Positions 1-11,023 of a stretch of 64,000 nt of DNA are shown here, in pieces. Numbering within the stretch: position 1 is the stretch's first letter; the number at the start of each line of letters is the position of its first letter. The notes under the pieces are model-generated. The model did no database searches. It worked only from the letters and a program-made list of their open reading frames with translations, and was not told where the DNA came from. The stretch is from Schizochytrium sp. TIO01 (taxonomy: Eukaryota > Protista > Bigyra: Labyrinthulomycetes): the NCBI GenBank assembly GCA_004764695.1, contig SMSO01000033.1, forward strand, positions 992,001 to 1,056,000. The letters are read 5' to 3'. Both the position numbers and the translations under genes were made by a program.

Positions 1-1
1 C

Positions 2-232
2 CTAGCGCCTGCCACAATCGCTTCTTTCAAAGAGCTACAGGTCGATGGAAATATGCTGGCAGAAGTTACCCCTCTCGACCTGCAAACGACTCTCAAGATT
101 AATAGTGCACTTGATCGCAAACAAATCACATTTGCTCTAGAGAAGCTACGATCTTCCCACAAGGAGGCTAGAGACGGTGCATCTAATGTTGTCAACCAAC
201 TCTTGGGTAACATTGTACCATCTTCTTATTAA
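2..232 (+). CDS. 3' end of a gene truncated by the window edge; C-terminal SAM (sterile alpha motif) domain
   Basis: Open frame from position 2 to TAA at 230-232, not in the ORF track. Translation LAPATIASFKELQVDGNMLAEVTPLDLQTTLKINSALDRKQITFALEKL matches the SAM consensus F..xIDG..L..LT..DL...LxI...G.RKKI..AI..L. Confidence 0.75.
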   Translation, partial: LAPATIASFKELQVDGNMLAEVTPLDLQTTLKINSALDRKQITFALEKLRSSHKEARDGASNVVNQLLGNIVPSSY

Positions 233-470
233 TATTTCAGTTAAACAATAACACCAAACGAGCAACAATATTTCCAATTTTTGTCAAAAGATGTATAAGC
301 TGATGCAGTCTAATTTCTTGATTTTCTTCTTGATGAAATCGAATTACTAATTAGCTAACGTTAAAAACTATGGTTGCCTAGCTGGCCTAAAGCTCTCCAA
401 ATAAATTAGAATAAATGGCTACTCTTCTTTCGTCTGCTGGCTTATGTCTTCCTTGATACTTTGCTCGAGG

Positions 471-1589
471 CTAGGAAGCGCTGGTAGCTTCGGTTTCTGT
501 AGGCTTGCTCTCATTTGCGTCAGAGGCAAGAGATGAGATCTCGGTATTACCAGCACTAGTCGTTTCGGAGGGCAGAGCTTGTTGGCTTGTTACGTTAGAA
601 GGAGGTACCGGAGCTGCAGGAGCAGATGGAAGCTGAGATTGCTCAGCGGGTGCATCTTGAGTAGCTGCAGCATTAAACGCCATTTGTGCTTCCTCCTGGG
701 AAACACTAATCGCAAAGCCGCTTTCCTTGGGCATGACAATTGCACGAGCAGTCTTAGGAACAGGGTTTTCTGCTGTTGCTTCATCACCAAGCTTCCACTC
801 AGGCCACCCTTCAGGTTCTGGGATAAGCTCCCAGTGAGGTTCAGGATATCTGTTGTCACCTTTGTTGAAGTCAAACACATTGCACCAATGGTTATGCTCA
901 GGAATGAGCTTCGCCTTGGAAAAGTGTGCTGTCTGGTTAGAATATGACGCAGAATAGGGATAAAACCGCATTTTGGAGGAGGTTTCGACTACAGGTTCAG
1001 TCTTGGAATACAAAGAAACAGTACACGATTCACAGTCTCGGCAGCGAAATTGCTTACATGCAATGAAAAAGTGACAGTTCTTTGCATTACGCACAAAAAC
1101 AGACTCACTACTGGGTCCAATGAGGATCTTGCAGCCCGAAATACCGTCCAACAGTACCTGGTCCGAGTGGTCCATGAGCTGGACTTCACATTTGTCAAGC
1201 CCACTAATAGTGAAGGACTGTCCACAAATTTCGCCTTCCTTTTTCACCAAAGTCTCATTCTTACGGTCGCGGAACGAGTAAAATGTATCGCTAACATATT
1301 TACGATACTCACTGCGGTCCTGAAAAGTTTTGCCATCAGGTGCTGTAAATGTTTGCGAGGCCACCAATGGGCGAATGTTGAATCCCTTGACGCCATCCTT
1401 CTTATCACCGTCCTCAAACTCGACGCTGTAGGTGCCGTTGGCAGCATCGTAGCCAGTAATGGTGCCCTTGTAAAAGCTCTTCCAGCCTTTGACCTTGGCT
1501 TCTACCTTGGTTCCTGTGGCATAGGTCTGTGCCTTGTTTGATGTTGAACTCATCATGGGGAGTGGCGAGATCTTCTTGAGCATATTCAT
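471..1589 (-). CDS. RP2: RP2/XRP2-like TBCC (C-CAP/cofactor C) domain protein with an N-terminal Tudor/Agenet-like domain
   Basis: 372-aa ORF. Beta-helix motifs ILIGPSSESVFVRNAKNC, IACKQFRCRDC (Gln and Arg finger retained), TEPVVETS and NHWCNVFDFN are typical of RP2/TBCC. The N-terminal GTKVEAKVKGWKSFYKGTITGYDAANGTYSVEFEDGD is Tudor-like. Confidence 0.85.
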   Translation of the reverse strand: MNMLKKISPLPMMSSTSNKAQTYATGTKVEAKVKGWKSFYKGTITGYDAANGTYSVEFEDGDKKDGVKGFNIRPLVASQTFTAPDGKTFQDRSEYRKYVSDTFYSFRDRKNETLVKKEGEICGQSFTISGLDKCEVQLMDHSDQVLLDGISGCKILIGPSSESVFVRNAKNCHFFIACKQFRCRDCESCTVSLYSKTEPVVETSSKMRFYPYSASYSNQTAHFSKAKLIPEHNHWCNVFDFNKGDNRYPEPHWELIPEPEGWPEWKLGDEATAENPVPKTARAIVMPKESGFAISVSQEEAQMAFNAAATQDAPAEQSQLPSAPAAPVPPSNVTSQQALPSETTSAGNTEISSLASDANESKPTETEATSAS

Positions 1590-2716
1590 AATTTCTTAAA
1601 ATGTAGCGTCAAATTCACTTGCTTGAATGAGGTATCCTGGACTATTTGAGCAAAGCTGAGTCGTAGGTCTAAATTAGTGATTGAGGTTTGCGGATCAGGT
1701 TTGCTTGAGCGCACGCGCCTCGATGACATTGTCTTCTACTCTTCGTTTTTTAAACGTTGAGGTTTTGTTCTCAGAGGGTGTGTACTACTACTACCCAGCG
1801 GTTCTGACGAAATCCATATTACATTGATAGGTAGCTGGCCTGATTGCTCATTAGCTGAAAGTCACGCTTACGATACGTACTACTTCATACATTCTCTTTT
1901 ATTTTGTTTTCTTCAGTGTTTGGCGTGCTACGCCAGACATTGTGCGCTGTACTTTTCTCAAGGCAGCGATCTCAAACTTTTGTGAGATTTCCGTCACCAG
2001 TAAATGACCGTTTTTAAAAAAGTGAGAAAAAAGAAATCTACTTTATTATTATGATTATGATTATAATTATTATATATTATGATCTTCTTGCAAAAATAAA
2101 ATAGTGACAAGTGACAATTCTTTGCTTTTTATAGTAGAAGAAGCTCCTCTTATTTAAGTCAAGTAGATGCATGCTTTGAAAATTAGCCCCAACAATGCAG
2201 TTTATAACAATTTGGTTAGTTGAATACTTATTCAGGTGCGACTTGTACCTCCTTATTCTACTCTCACAAGACTTTTAGCCCTGTGCTACCATATCAACAT
2301 CAAGAGGTAGAAAACCTACCTTTTGCAAGTTCTTTTATGTTGCATACATTTGTTGATTCGATAGTATATTACACAGCCATTTCATGCATGTTTGGATTTT
2401 TCAGTTTTTCAGGGATTTTCACAATGGTTGGAGATACCTGTCGTTTTCGTACCAGTTCGATCAAGATCTGTTCTGCTTACTTCTTCTCTACTTGGTATAA
2501 AATCGCTGTGAATATGGTACTAAATATGAAAGTGATGAAAAACCAATTGGGCCCGTGCTTCTAATTACTAGGCATGCACTAGGTATTACTACTACTGTGT
2601 ACTTCGTAACCTCTTGTTCTACCATCTATCTAAAGTATATGTTAGCAGTCCCATTCTGACTCAGAGTTAATTCAAGTAAACCCATTCGTTCACATCTTCA
2701 TATTGTTGCTGCAAGG

Positions 2717-5306
2717 ATGCGCACAGCTCTTCCGGAGACCGCCAGCAGCGGCTCCGAGGGCTCTGTGCAGGGGGAAATGACCGCCCAAAAACCGCGAGGT
2801 CAAGGGAACAAAATTGGTGAGCCTGAAAGACGTTTGGCAGACCAAGATGCAGAACACAGGGCGAATCAACGGCACCAGCAGCACGAGAAGCACCAGCAGC
2901 AACAACAAGAAGGTAATGAGTGGACTTTGAGATCTGGTGCAAACGCACAGTTAATGGTGAAGACATTGACCAATCATGGCACTTCGAACCAGGGCTTTAG
3001 AGCTGCTTCACTTGTGCGCGAAACTTCATCAGATGTGTCGGATTCCACAGAACCTAGAAGTGCAAGGACTGCTAGACTACGAACAGCATTCCAGCGCGTA
3101 TGCAAGGAGAAGGGCCTAAGCGTGCCAAGAGACGCCATGCACGGACTACAAGTCTTGCAAGAAAATGAACCTACTCTTGTGCTAAAAGAAAGTACGAGCG
3201 TGAATGCAGCAGTACTCAAATGTCTTTGTCAAATTCCATCTTCGATCAACGAGCTCAGAGCAGGACCACTTGTAGCTCTTGATTTGTACAGATGTCAAAT
3301 GGGTGTGGAAGAGTTCAGCGCGCTTGGGGAAGCGCTTGTACAAAACCAAGATCTTATCTCAGTGACCCTTGATGGATGTGTAAAGCGGGACCGGGTCATC
3401 GATGCATTTGATGGGCTCGCTACCCCTTTGGAAGCGAGCTTACGTCCAACTGTTCTGCAGAATCTCATCATTAAAGACTGTGCCCTTACCGTAGGGCGAA
3501 ACATGCCTTTACGGACCCTTGCGAAACGAATCCTACCTTGCTTAACGAATCTCAAAACGCTTGCCCTACCAAGTTGTGAGCTTGATGACTCTGCTGTGGA
3601 AGAGTTGGCTGCAGCTATTTTACGAGGTCCTAGTCGTTCATTTTTAAACAAACTTGATCTAACTGCCAATGACTTTGGTGCCCGTGGAGGTCAGGCTGTC
3701 TCGCTACTATTAGAGCAACGCGTCCCGCTTTTGGACCTGCATCTTGCTGATAACAAAATCGGTTCACAAGGTTTTGATACTATTGTCACGGCAGCCCATC
3801 GAACAAATAGTCTTTGCGTTCTGGACGTGTCCAGAAATGAACTACCTGCGATTGCAGCCATACGAAGCCTGGCCGAATACCTAGAGGATCCGCAATGCAC
3901 GCTTGAGTCTCTTTACATGCAAGATTGTTCCACTTCTATTGATTCACGTTGTATAGAGATTCTTGGGGCCGCCCTGGGGACCAACAACTCGCTAAAGAAG
4001 CTTGACTTACAGAATTCCCGTCTTCCATCAACGTGCACAGGTGCATCTCTCGGTATGTTTGCAGAAAGCCTAGGCTCCAATTCCTCCATGACATCAGTTG
4101 AATTTGGAAAGTTTGATGATCGTGTACTAAGTGCTGCGGAGGCTCGTGAGGCACTCGTGCCATTACGACGCATCCTCATGTTGAATAGCAAACTGTCTGT
4201 ACTGCTCTCTAAACGACGGGTTTCTAAATCACCTAGTGTGGCATCATCAGTTGCGACACAAGAGTTGATATCTCGCGAAAAAGCGCTTTCGCAACAAAGA
4301 GTCCTTCTTCTTCATGGAGATTCTGCTAGCGAATCGTCTGCACATTGTGCACTTTCACCTATTTCCCGTATATCCCAGACAATACCCTCACCTATTGCGT
4401 CGTCACCTATCGCAGCTACTTCTAATGTGCTTGAAAGGGCAGGTACGAGCCGTAGGTCGTCACGTGCCGCATCAAAGGAGATGCAGCAAATGGTACAAGA
4501 ACTCAAATCAGCGCTTCGGGCAGTTCGGACTCGTACACAGAGGCATCACACAGAAATTGAAAGTAGGCTTTCTGGTAAGTTCAATTGTGGAGTGAGAGTT
4601 GAGCTCTACTAACCAACTAGTGGTTGGTAAACGCATTTTAGAATGTGTGTGCTTCATGTCATTTGCGAATGAATCCTTAGACTAACATACCACACTCTTG
4701 AATTTTGATGGAACAGGTCGGCTTTTTGAGCTTGATAGTCGTGTTTCGGCTATGGTGGATGGTCCAGGTAGCTTTTCGACACGGTTAAATGAAGGTCGTC
4801 GTGAAGGTTTTGCAGCCAAACGTATTGAAGTAGTTGAGACTCGCCTCCGAAAGGCAAGCGAGCAAACGGTTCGTTTAGGAAGGTTCGCAAGCTCATTGCG
4901 GGATCAGGTTGACGGAATGAGTGATACGCTTCGACAACAGCAACAGCAACAGTTTGACAGAGATACTTCTTATGGTATTGCAAGCGGTGCACTCGTTGGT
5001 GCGTCGTCAAAGAACGTAGCATACGGGCAGCGCAGCCAACCTGGTGTGAGACCTGAAATCCTCGACTTGGTAGAGCAAAAGTTTGGTGAAGCAGAGCAAG
5101 ATGTTGCCCAATTGCAGCGCAATTTTGTTCATGATTTTGATAAAAAGCAAGAAATTTGGCGGGAGCGTCTCGAGAAGCAGCTAGGACAAGTCGTTGAGCG
5201 TATTGGTCTCTTAGAACAAAGCGTTCTAACAATGCACGACGAAAATATTTGCACGCTAGAATCATTGCTAAAAGACCGAAAGCAACGGTCTCGCCAAGCT
5301 CGTTGA
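2717..5306 (+). CDS. Ribonuclease-inhibitor-type leucine-rich repeat protein with C-terminal coiled coil; two exons, 2717-4574 and 4717-5306, about 815 aa
   Basis: LRRs such as LDLTANDFGARGGQAV, LHLADNKIGSQG and LDLQNSRL. ORFs 2717..4612 and 4698..5306 join in frame (TCT G|GT CGG = S-G-R) through a canonical intron. Confidence 0.8.
4575..4716 (+). other. Spliceosomal GT-AG intron (142 nt)
   Basis: Donor GTAAGT at 4575, branch point ACTAAC at 4681, acceptor ACAG ending at 4716. Splicing preserves the reading frame. Confidence 0.85.
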
Positions 5307-5936
5307 CCTGATTCTTGCTTGAAAAATGGACTTCACCATTTCTACCACTGCCAACTCAAGGCCTTAATAAGCTCCCTGTTAAAAGCTTATGGTATTCTGG
5401 TAAGATGTATAATTTTATTTTCTTTCTGTTTGTTTTGACTCTTGCCATGCACAGTTCAATCAAATGGGGCCAAACATTTTGTGGTATTGTATTTCATAAA
5501 ATGGTGCGTAGTACCTAATAGTAGTTTGTGTTAAGAGCTTGGTTCGGGTTCACTCCTCCGAATCCGATCAACACAACAAAAGATGTAGACAGCCATTAAT
5601 TAGAGTTTTTCTTTAAAGATAAGAGGCTACAAGAGAGGTGGAATCTGGAAAAGATAGACCGTTATCATTCATCGCTTTGCTTCTTTCCTCGCTCACGGCT
5701 GTAGCAGTTGTTTACTTTTCGAGGGAACTGTGATAATGTTATCAATTGGTAACAGGGCATATCCATGTGGACCTTCAATTGGTAAGAAAACTTGGTGCGC
5801 CAAACCCACCAGCAGGAACTTCAGGGTTCGAACCACAAGTTCAACATCTACCTCTGCTTTGAGAGGTCAGTTGTGAAATTTATCTTCATTGGAGTGGGCG
5901 CCAAGTTTAGGCGCTTTCCTGGAGGCGTATTGGACA

Positions 5937-8900
5937 ATGGACTCTCAGGCATCAGCCGCGATGTCCGCGGAACGACGTCGAGCTCGTCGCAAAAGAAGAC
6001 GGCACATACACGAAGCTACGAACAGAGATCAAAGCATGAAAGATAACTCCAGACGGCCTCATTCAAAATTACCATGGTCCATTGCGCTGGCATTGGCAAG
6101 TGAGAACGATGAAGTAATCGACAATCTTGATGAACTAGATGATGTGGATGCAAATAGCATCATTGGTCATTATCAAGTCTCGGGTAGAAACAAGAATGAC
6201 AGCGCCAGCGATGCCGGAAGTGAAAGGCAGACAACTCGCGAATTTGACAGGAATCAAGCTTATCGAGATCACTTGGAGCTCGTTTTGCGGACTGTCTTCA
6301 TTGAGCGCGAAGATTACAAGAGACTTAGCACGGAGGAGGAGAGAACAATGATATCACAGCTTTTGGAGTCAGCGTCGCAGGATGCAAAAAGCCTTTTGGC
6401 ACGGATATTTCCAAGGCGTGGGCCATGGTTCCGGGCCGAACATCTTGCCAAATATTTCTTACCTAGACGCATCCGCACGATGCAAACAACGAGTGGAGAA
6501 GCAGAAATTAACGGTAAGGCAGAGGAAGTAGAACAAAATGCCGAAATGGATCTCAATGCTCAAGATGCAGTAGACGCAGCTAAACGCGCTCAAGCGGCCC
6601 TGCTTGAGTTATGTCAACTCGGATTTGCTCGACGATTTGATGCTTCGAAAGCTAATCTAGAGGAGAGTTTATCCATGGCGGAAGCTGTTTTAACAGCAGG
6701 TGAGCTACAAATGGTGCTAAAGCTTGCCAAACTTGAACGAAAAGGTGGCGGAAGGGGTGTTTCAGCAAAGACAAAAGCGGAAGCGATTTCGTGTTTGCGG
6801 ATGGCAGGCAAATCCCAACGCACTGTATTCGGACAGACTCTACCTATTACGAATTTTATTCGTCGTGTCACTGAGGACGAGATGATTGCCCTTCAAACAG
6901 TTCCTCAAGCGCTTGTGCAACGGGCATTCTCCCTATACTACTTGACAGCATCCGCTTCATCATTTCAGAAAGTCCAGGACGGCACATCAACAAGATATCA
7001 AGGGGAAACCACCACTTTCCACTTTCCTGGCTTATTATCTATGTTTGGAAAACAAAAATTTGCTAAATACAAATGCAACGTAGCTTGGCCGATTTTTCAC
7101 AATCGCCGCTCACTTGAAAACTATGAAGCTGCTATTGCCCTGCAAGCATGGTTGGAGGCCTTTTCATACTGTGCGCAAGCACCCGACGCAAAACAATCTG
7201 CCAAACCGCTTCAGGAACTAGAAAAATCAGAACCGCGTAAAACTTCTGCGTCTCTCAAACGAGAGGCAACACGACAACAAGTACTATCAACGCCCACTCA
7301 GGGCACGGCGGTTGAGGTAATTGACCTCGTTGACGGCGATTCTGACTGCGCAAATGATGACAACGGCCACGACCAAGAGAACAGTAGTCACGTCTTTGAC
7401 ATTGAGAATGCTCCAGGTGTAGCTTTGAAAGGAGCGGTAGAGATCGATACGAAAGGCACTATTGGGGGTAATCAACCATTGCCCAGTAATGAAAAGCCTC
7501 TTATTTCGTTTTCCCAGTTAACGGCAAAAGGTTTGCAGGAGTTGGAATTGGAGAAACAATCAATGGATAACCTCGTTGATTTGTTATTTAATCTCTTGCG
7601 GGAAGCATGCTGTGAAGATGCAAATACGGCTGATGCAAAGCAAGCGCCTATTTTTCTGGAGCAGTTCCGAGCTTCGTATGCCCTTTGCGAAGCCATTGCA
7701 TTTGGTATAACCTGCCTTGAGAAGGAACATAAATATGATCTCGCTGTGCACCGATGGCAAGAGCTCTTACAAGCTCATTCAACTCATAGGCATCGGGGTT
7801 CATGGTGGAATCGGTTGTCCATTGATCAAAAACACCTGGGAGATCTGGGTGGATCAATACAAACACTTGTTGGGTGTCTATTAGACCCCGCTGTTGATGA
7901 ACATAGTGCCTATCGTGTCGAGGCTCAAAAACGCTTAGCCAAGTTGTTACGAAATCCCAAACTTGAGGCAGAGTACCCGCAGGCACGCGCAGTACTTTTT
8001 GCTCATTCGAATGATGTGTTGTATGCAGATTTACCCGAGGAGACGATTTTTGGGAGACGACGTACCTTTGGTAAAACCTCTGGGGCTGGAGAGCGATGCG
8101 AATTCTTTAGCTCAAGTGATACTCCAACGATGTTTTGTTATGTTGAAGAGTTCGTATTGGAGCATTTTGAAGAGTCTGGTGGCTGGCTAGGACTTCATTG
8201 TGAAGGACAGATTTTCCGGAATCTTTTTGCGCTTTTCATGTGGGACATTATTTTCGATGATCAAGTGGTAAATGTTTTTCAAACACCGTTCCAGCAAGGT
8301 CCATTGGACCTTTTCCATTGCAGTGGGAGCTTTTTTGAAGCAAGACGTGACCGAATTTCCGAATCCTTGGAACATATTCGTGCAATGAACTCTGTCGCTC
8401 TAGCTAAGGAAGTTCATGAGGCGTGGGAAAGTCAGCATGGCACGCAGGTTTGTGGAATGCGCTGGGATGCATGCCCAGAGGATACTTTAGCTTGTATTGC
8501 TGCCTGCATTGGCGGGGGTGTCCTTGCAGCAATTTTCGAAAGGCTTTGTAAGGACTATAATCACTGGGCCGGAGGCGGCCCTGATCTACTTTTGTATCGG
8601 GTTGCATGCCCTGGTACTGGTCCGGTTTACCCGTGTGATGTGCTTAGCAAACCGTTGCAGGAAGAAAGAGAGAATCTTGGCAGCCGCCGGGGCAGGACGA
8701 TGCGATATGTAGAACCGTTTCCTTTGTGCGAAGAGTTTAGATATGAAGCTAGATTCTTGGAAGTCAAATCTGAGAATGACCGTCTCAGTCACAAACAGCT
8801 ATCTTGGCTTTTATATCTTCGCCAAGCTGGTGCTGACGCAAAGGTTTGCAACGTCAACGATGTTGACCCCACGCCAGACGCAATTTCCTCATCTGGTATG

Positions 8901-8942
8901 CGGGGGAAGAATAAAAGGAAGAGCGCGAAAAAGACAACGTAA
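5937..8942 (+). CDS. FAN1: Fanconi-associated nuclease 1 homolog (VRR-NUC, PD-(D/E)XK nuclease)
   Basis: The ORF track starts at TTG 5889; the first in-frame ATG is 5937. FAN1 motifs: GWLGLHCEGQIFRNLFALFMWDIIF, VFQTPFQQGPLDL, GGPDLLLY and FLEVKSENDRLSHKQLSWL. TPR-like region RGSWWNRLSID; basic NLS-like C-terminus. Confidence 0.92.
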   Translation: MDSQASAAMSAERRRARRKRRRHIHEATNRDQSMKDNSRRPHSKLPWSIALALASENDEVIDNLDELDDVDANSIIGHYQVSGRNKNDSASDAGSERQTTREFDRNQAYRDHLELVLRTVFIEREDYKRLSTEEERTMISQLLESASQDAKSLLARIFPRRGPWFRAEHLAKYFLPRRIRTMQTTSGEAEINGKAEEVEQNAEMDLNAQDAVDAAKRAQAALLELCQLGFARRFDASKANLEESLSMAEAVLTAGELQMVLKLAKLERKGGGRGVSAKTKAEAISCLRMAGKSQRTVFGQTLPITNFIRRVTEDEMIALQTVPQALVQRAFSLYYLTASASSFQKVQDGTSTRYQGETTTFHFPGLLSMFGKQKFAKYKCNVAWPIFHNRRSLENYEAAIALQAWLEAFSYCAQAPDAKQSAKPLQELEKSEPRKTSASLKREATRQQVLSTPTQGTAVEVIDLVDGDSDCANDDNGHDQENSSHVFDIENAPGVALKGAVEIDTKGTIGGNQPLPSNEKPLISFSQLTAKGLQELELEKQSMDNLVDLLFNLLREACCEDANTADAKQAPIFLEQFRASYALCEAIAFGITCLEKEHKYDLAVHRWQELLQAHSTHRHRGSWWNRLSIDQKHLGDLGGSIQTLVGCLLDPAVDEHSAYRVEAQKRLAKLLRNPKLEAEYPQARAVLFAHSNDVLYADLPEETIFGRRRTFGKTSGAGERCEFFSSSDTPTMFCYVEEFVLEHFEESGGWLGLHCEGQIFRNLFALFMWDIIFDDQVVNVFQTPFQQGPLDLFHCSGSFFEARRDRISESLEHIRAMNSVALAKEVHEAWESQHGTQVCGMRWDACPEDTLACIAACIGGGVLAAIFERLCKDYNHWAGGGPDLLLYRVACPGTGPVYPCDVLSKPLQEERENLGSRRGRTMRYVEPFPLCEEFRYEARFLEVKSENDRLSHKQLSWLLYLRQAGADAKVCNVNDVDPTPDAISSSGMRGKNKRKSAKKTT

Positions 8943-9630
8943 AATTTGATCTACTGCTGTAATGTTTAACGTTGTAGGTCACAACCGACGACACAAACAT
9001 ACAGAGCTGGTCCGGAAGTTGCTTATGAGACCACAGATTTGGATGAAGATTTGTGTGAAATTTGAACATTTTACAAATCTAATGGATATATTTCTATTAA
9101 TCTCCGAGAGAATGTACATATCTACTACTATTACATATTATCTCTTTGTCACTTAATGTATAAAAATTATTCTGAATCTCTATTATACCTGGTTTCTGTT
9201 CTTTTCAAGATCTCTCTGAGCAAGTACCTAGTAAAGCGAAGGGTAAAGCTCTTATTATAGTGACCTAGGACCTTAGTTTGGATCATGCTGCAAACCTATC
9301 TGTGCCAAGGGCCATTGTCTCCACTTGTATCTGCGAATCAAGAACACAAAAGCTGCATCAGCGCATTGCATCAAAAGTGGCATCACCCCTTCCCCAAAAC
9401 TGAGGCTGATGCCGCTGGCAATCAGAATTACAGTCTACTAATACTAACTACAACCTATATAGGTACTTGCTACCTACCCACTACTACCTTACATTGTACA
9501 CTCGGCGCTCCATCCTGAGCGTCTTGCAGGTAGGGTGTCAAGATCCTAGCTCAAATTTTAGCTCGAATCGAATCGAGCAATAAATATCCTCTCCCGTATC
9601 ACGCAGATCATCTCAGGCAGTATCAGCATC

Positions 9631-10315
9631 TCGCCATTTCCGCCATGGTACCCGGAAAGGTCGTCGCCAGGAGTGCGGTGCTGCGGCGATCTGCAGGAAG
9701 CTCAGGGTTGAAACCCACGAACTCAGGTTGAACTCGAGGCTGTGCTTGTGCTCGCCCGTCACTCTTGACCGCGTTCTCTCTCTTCAGAGTTCGAGTCTCC
9801 ATCGCATTGCAATGCATTAGTTTCCTTTTTCCTTCGCATTGCATTGCATTGCGTTTTATTGCAATGCATTGTATCGCAATGCATTGTATTGGGTTTTCTT
9901 GCCGCGAAATTTGATCCAGGTCGCTATCCTCTGCACCATAGGTGCAGATGTGAATGCGAGCACGGATCAAGCAAGCAAGACCTCGATAGTTCTTCAACTG
10001 TCTGTTGATGTGCCCGCAAGCTCGAAAAGAGCCAAGGTCATCGCGAAGGGAGGTCTGCACAACAACCAAAGGCTCGATGAGTTCAGGACCTCGCTCAGGC
10101 AAACTGATCGATCGATTGCGAGGTCGCGAGCACTGGCACGGACAGAGACTGCAGCTGCTGCTGCCAACGACGAATCACGACTCAGGAATTACGCATCGCG
10201 GTTCGTGACGGCGCAAGGCGTGACGAGCGTGAGCTTCTCGAAGATCTCCGTATCGTTCGACCTCGTTTCTGTTCCGCGATTTCAGGAGTGGCCCTCGAAA
10301 TCCAGAGTTTCGTGA
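9631..10315 (+). pseudogene. Possible ankyrin-repeat gene fragment
   Basis: VAILCTIGADVNASTDQASKTS at 9920 onward, directly after a CAG, resembles the ankyrin V.LL..GADVNA.D..G.T motif. HLAISA lies upstream near 9630. No complete repeat array is visible. Confidence 0.3.
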
Positions 10316-11023
10316 ATGCGACCAATTAATATGTTTAGATTGATCAAAAGAAACAAACCGTCAGCAATCTTGAAAAGCATGAACGATAAGTTCGAAACGT
10401 CACGATCTCTCTCTCTCTCTCTCTTCGTCAAGGCGGAACCTCGATTTCCCGGCTGGAAGTTTTCATGAGCAGAAAGATTGCATTGCACAGACGAGGCAGG
10501 GTCTGGTACGACTAGCTAGTAGGCGAGACTAGCAAGGCAACTAACGAGGAGTACCTGGTATCTTGAGTGAAAAAAAACTAAAACAAAAGCAAAACTTATA
10601 AAATTAGAATAAATAAAGCAGTTGTTGGGCTGCATCGTAAAGTGGCAAAAAAAGGCGCCAGGGGCATTGCGGATATTATCGTCTCCTGAAAAACTTATCT
10701 TTATTTGCTTTTTTGGAAAAGTTCTGGTAGGGGCATTCTTTCCTTATTGCCCGTTCTTGGTTGCGTGAATGATGGATAATCCACGGCTGCGCTATCTTCA
10801 TATGAAACCCTTTCTTTCAACTTCTTCTCTTTCTATCTTTATCATTATATATATTTAATTTTCCCCCCATTAAAAATAAAATAAAATTTCTTTAGAAACA
10901 TTTTTTATTTTTTATTTTTTATTTTTTATTTTTTATTTTCTATTTTTTATTTATTAATAAATAAATATAAATATAAATAAAAATAAATAAAAAAGCGCGA
11001 AGTTAGTTTGAGAAAGACAACTT

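Noticed and set aside
5770-5845. tRNA-like pieces (TCAATTGGTAAG, TGGTG/CACCA stem, GGTTCGAACC B-box)
   Set aside because: The T stem pairs only 2 bp, the anticodon loop is 9 nt and there is no acceptor stem. At most a degenerate relic; tRNAscan-SE would decide.
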